The position numbers and the translations under genes are program-made. Below, piece by piece: positions 59,521 through 64,000 of a DNA stretch of 64,000 nucleotides. Where the stretch lies: positions 806,001 to 870,000 of the forward strand of contig AP026128.1 of the NCBI GenBank assembly GCA_030295235.1. The letters run 5' to 3'. The DNA comes from Fistulifera solaris (lineage: Eukaryota). The notes below the pieces were generated by a model. That model was not told the DNA's origin. It ran no database searches and worked only from the letters and a program-made list of their open reading frames with translations. Numbering within the stretch: position 1 is the stretch's first letter; each line of letters starts with the position of its first letter.

Positions 59521-62500
59521 ATGTCCGTCGAATCCATTGTCGATTTGCGCGCCGACGCGAGCCCCCGCTCACTCAGCGTGTTCGCCGCTGCCGAAACGAA
59601 AGTTGGGAGCACCAACCCGTTCGATGTCTCCAAGGGATCTGCCGACAAAGGAAGTGTGATTGCTTTCGTCTACGGCACAGATAAGGGTTCTATTCATTAT
59701 CGAACATATGCCGCACCCGGTCCCTCTTCAAATCAAGGAGGGCTTTCCGCACAACTCAATTTGACATCCTCTTTGACGACACCTCCGTCAAATAGGATAT
59801 CCTCTCCTCTGGGAGCGAATTCGTCGAATCAAAGATCGACTAATTTACCCCGTGCTTACTATCCTGTCGATCTGGGGTCATTGGGTGGTCCTGTGGTATC
59901 GTGTATCAAATTGGGAATTTCACAATCGAATTCGACGTATCTTCTGTTGCTTGTCGATGACAATCGAGGGACGTCGGCGACACAACCCGGGGCTTATTCT
60001 GCCATTATTGTGGCCCTGACAGCCGGAAATTTTCATATTGTAGTCCCCTCTGGAAATTTGCCGCGAATGTCGTGCGCTACTTTTCATTCCATGACTGGTT
60101 TGGTCTACGGCGCGGGGCGTTCGATACAGGTGCTGCGACCGGAGACCTGGGAAGAAGAAGTGAAGCGAGGGTCCAGATATGCTGCTAGTCGATCCAAACG
60201 ATTAATATTCGGGAATAACATCTGCCCTGCACCCGGCGTCCGGACTGGGCAAGATGGAATGGAACTTACAGCCAACGGAAAGGTGGTAATCGCCGTCGTG
60301 GGAAACACCTTCCATGCAATAGTAGGCCAAGAAGCAGATGAGCGACAGCAGACAGGAACAGAGGCGGCTTCAGAACATATCAAGCTGATTTCTTTTTCCC
60401 AGTCATCGCAAGTGCATCCAGTGATTGCCTTGGATTTGCGTGACGAATCCCTGGACGCTGACTGGTCTTCGTTATTCCTGGCTAGTGGTCGTGAATGCGC
60501 AGTCGTTGACATAAACTATGGTCCTCCTTCTGCTCCTACGCTTTCTGCCAGTAAGCCTCGAAATGGAATTGTTACCTTGGCGTCGCCCATTCGTGCGGCC
60601 GCTGCATGTTGGCCTTGGATTGTTGTGCTAACCAACGATGGCCTAGTTTCAGTACGTCCGCCTTCTTGCCTTTCTGTAACGCTGAGAACTGTAAGTATAT
60701 CGTGCGTCGTACATAAAGAACTATTTGAAATCTCATCTTATTCTTATTTTGAAACGCTTAGGTTGAAGTTGGTCAACGCCCCAATGACTTTTTTTGTATT
60801 GCGAACGTTACGGAACGAAAGTGGAGCTCCATGGATTGCCGCACTGGCTTATTCAGGCGAAAGTAAAATACTGCAATGTCGACCAGATACGGCTCAAGAT
60901 CTGGCAGATCGACTTATGCGTCATGCAATTGATGCATTCGGAGCCAATGGATTCCCGAGGTCCGAGGTGGCAGAATCGGTGGGGGCATCCGTTACTGCGG
61001 CTTCCTACGTTGGCCCCGAGCCGTCTCAGCAAGCACGGATGTTACTGAAGCAATACTTGGAGGCTCTACTAGGAATGACAGATTTCGAGGGCAATCCTAG
61101 TTCAGGCTGGCCTTCGGAATTAGGAACTGGAAAACTCCGTCAAGGTTCATTTGGGAGTACAAAAGAAAAAGGACGCGGATATCGGCCAACGATGCTGTCG
61201 GCTGAGTCTCCGGGACATCTGATAGCAGCAACTGCCCTATTGTGCCTCGTGTGCAGTAAAATTTCACCTCCCAATCCGGCAGTTGCCAACAGGGCTGCTA
61301 AGTCGTGTGCAGATAAGCTTGGTGTCGTTTTTCGTGAACGCGGGGATCTTTCAGAGAGCGCTTCGCAAGTCTGTGTTCTTGTCGCGGACAAGATATTGCG
61401 TGAGGCTTCCGCGAATTTTTCGCTCTTATCGGGGTCGGCGTCACCATCTCCACTGCAGCATAGTAATCGAGGGTCCAACTCTACAAACAATTCTACTTTT
61501 ATTGAAGCGTCAGTTTGGTTGCTTCGATCGGCTGGCAAGCATGAGCAGGCCATTGACGTCGCTTATACTCGTCTTTTGCAGCAAGGGCAGCAGGTTCAAC
61601 CTGAAGAAGAAAGCTCGTCGGTCGGTGGGAAAGGAACATGGTCGCACATTAAATATGAATCCTACACCGCAACCCATCTAAGTGATTTGTGGTGTTCTGG
61701 GAAGAGCGAGGGCCGTGACTTAGTGTTACGGTCTCCAGCGACGTTTCGACTATTGGCAAATAATCCCCGATTGGGACTCTCTGTATTCACAGCTACTCAC
61801 CCGCAAAACGAAGATCAGTGGAGGAAAATGGCAGCCAAAGACGACCCACTTGTCAATGCCGATTATGTGTACGATGTTCTTAAGCTTCTCAAATCAGTAA
61901 ATCCTGCTCTCCCGTATGATCAGGAACGTTCCGAGAGCGTTTCCGACACAACTCTCCCCCTTGGGATCGGGACGAGCACTAGCAGTTGCATTTCTGGAAT
62001 CGGCAATTGGAATTTATAGTGGTCGACCTTCGGAGCGTAATGATCTCGTAAGCGGTGCTGTTGACAGCAAGGTATCAGAGCACATCGCCAATTTTCATGA
62101 TGAATTGAGCTTTCTTCTGCTAGAAGGGGTTATCGCCGAGAAAAGTGAAGACGGTGCTCAAGCAAGTGATACGTCACTTGGGGAGGTGTATCGAAAGAAA
62201 TTACAAAAACTGCTCAAATCTCCCCTGGCTCGAATTCGTTCCGAGCGCTTTTTGGCCACTTTACCTCCTTCCTTTTTACAGGAAAAGGCGTTAATGCTCG
62301 GTCGTGTTGGTCGACACGAAGATGCTCTTCGAATCCTATACCAGGAGCTTGATAGCTTGGAGTTAGCTCTCGAGTACTGCGATGATAGATTTGAGCAGCA
62401 GCGAATCCTACGGGATCGCAGGTATCAGCAGCAGCAACAACAGCTCACTAGTGGGATCGATCAGTCGTTCGATATGTCTACTTTGATTTCCGGTGAAGAT

Positions 62501-63319
62501 AATGCATATCTCCCTCTTGTTCGCGTTGCCTTGGAGTCAAAAGATCAAGAACGAGGAATAAGGGCGGCAATTCAAATCCTGGCTCTTCGTCGCAATGCGA
62601 TCGATCGAGCGGCAGCTTTGCGTTTGTTACCATCCGGCATTCCCGTCTCTGCAGTGGCACGCCCGTTCCTCATTCCGGCTTTGGTGGACAGCGAGTCCCA
62701 GGAGCGCCGGTTGACAGTGGTCGCTGCCTTGATGCGAGCCAGATATTTGAGATTGAAAGAGGAACTGACGGTTGCGCAATTACGGTCGCAAGCTTCTCTC
62801 CAGGCAGTTCCACAGCTTCGAAGTCTCAATCTTGGTGAGCCTCTATATTCGAGCAAGGCAGTACGAGCCCGAACCAATGCAGCGGCGAGCGCAACAATGC
62901 CCGATGTCATGATAATCAAGCACTTCTTTCCCCGAAATGTTGTAATTCAAGCGAAAGTGACGAACAATACGGGCGGAGATTCGTCGGACTACCGACTGTC
63001 AACACATGGTCGGGTTGGGCGAACTTTTACCGAGATTGCGTTTGTGGTGGCAGAATCTTCCGAAGAAGCCATTCAACCTCTTTTCATCGTACCAATAAAG
63101 GTTTTACCACAAAAGCTATCAGGGTCGGCTTGGTGTGTATTGGAAGCTGCGCCTGCCCGGATGGATGGAGCAGTGGTACAGCTTACGTGCGAATTACGGT
63201 ACACGGTTCAGTCTGTGGAGAGTGCTGGTCTCATCGGCAGCCCCGGTTCCGGTGTAGCGGGTCGGACCTTTGTCGAAGAACTACAGGACTTGGAAGTACA
63301 TGCAGCTCATTTTTCGTAG
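59521..63319 (+). CDS. VPS39/VPS3/TGFBRAP1-like tethering-complex subunit
   Basis: N-terminal beta-rich region and CHCR-like segment EKALMLGRVGRHEDALRILYQELDSLELALEYCD...ALRLLP. Intron ~60691-60761 and homopolymer frameshifts. Confidence 0.7.
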
Positions 63320-63420
63320 ATAGAAAATAGGCTGAAGAGGGTATATATGGAAGCGGTTTATCATATTTTTCCGTTATTATGTTGTGAACGAATGACTAAA
63401 TGTATGAATAAGTAAGAGAC

Positions 63421-63648
63421 CTAAGAGTTCTCCTTCTTGTGTTGCGCCCACTGTGAAGATAGCTTTTTCTTGCGTTCCGCTCGTTCGGCTTGTTTCAGTT
63501 GGTAGTCTTCAGCGCGCTCGATGGCTCGCTGATCACGTTCCTTCTGCCCTGGCTTGGTGGCTGTTTGTGAGGCCAGGCCTTCTTTCGCGTCCTTTAAAAC
63601 GCTTTCGATTTGGTTCTTCGCCGCCATTTGCGATGCCTGATTGCCCAT
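63421..63648 (-). CDS. Small N-myristoylated helical protein, complexin-like
   Basis: 75-aa ORF beginning MGNQAS with a charged helix ERAEDYQLKQAERAERKKKLSSQW. Confidence 0.6.
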   Translation of the reverse strand: MGNQASQMAAKNQIESVLKDAKEGLASQTATKPGQKERDQRAIERAEDYQLKQAERAERKKKLSSQWAQHKKENS

Positions 63649-64000
63649 GTTGTGTGATAATTGTCAAGCAGAGCAGAGGTCTACTGGTTTGTTTGAAGAA
63701 GAATGCAATGAAATGCAACGGGCGGAAATGACCCGCAACGAAGGCTCATGACTGAAATCCAGTCATGGCGAAATTCGCTTACACTTTGTCCTATAGTAAT
63801 TACAAAACAGATCGTGAAATTGGTACAACCATCTGTTTGGATCATAGTAAGAACATGAAGGTCAGGACTCGAAGACATTGCCGGCTGATATTGCAATTGC
63901 GCGAAATTTCAAGGTTAGAGAATAACTAGCTTTCGATTTATTATTGTAATGAGACTGTAATCAAACGCGACAAAGACGAAAAATTCGCGCTGCAGGCTGC

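Noticed and set aside
11536..63319. Mass pseudogenisation or programmed frameshifting (FRE copy 2, HID1, ALG3, RAD54-like, NPRL3, DUF1517, VPS39-like and others)
   Set aside because: The breaks I traced are mostly single-base indels in homopolymer runs of conserved genes, with no accumulation of stop codons. This is typical of long-read consensus error and should be verified with short reads.
1..64000. tRNA/rRNA genes
   Set aside because: No cloverleaf or rRNA signature recognised. A covariance-model scan was not possible.

Overview
Gene-dense eukaryotic nuclear DNA, almost certainly from a diatom. Evidence: short GT-AG introns, bipartite ASAFAP-type plastid presequences, Psb31 and a DUF6824 protein. 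The left end has a frameshifted PIF/Harbinger transposase with a candidate element terminus. It is followed by a fucosyltransferase-like gene and three tandem two-exon ferric reductase (FRE/FRO) genes. All three carry the same ~19-bp upstream motif (CRTGCYRAGCGCGTGCTTG), a candidate iron-response element. Housekeeping genes follow: HID1, plastid cysteine synthase, ALG3, an atypical PCNVIRE CDK, rhodanese, RAD54-like, ABA4-like, MerC-like, CmcJ/AsaB-like, NPRL3, Psb31, SnoaL-like, APH-1, DUF1517, DUF6824 and VPS39/TGFBRAP1-like. Notable non-coding structures are a dimeric tandem array of 14 perfect 17-bp palindromes (TTCCAGAA-W-TTCTGGAA) between divergent genes and a ~325-bp foldback element. 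Notable uncharacterised proteins are a Rossmann/methyltransferase-like domain fused to five AT-hooks at a 35-aa period, a DPF-motif protein with WH2-like repeats, and a 75-aa complexin-like peptide. Many genes show single-base frameshifts in homopolymer runs, most likely assembly errors. Family assignments come from motif recognition only; no searches were run.
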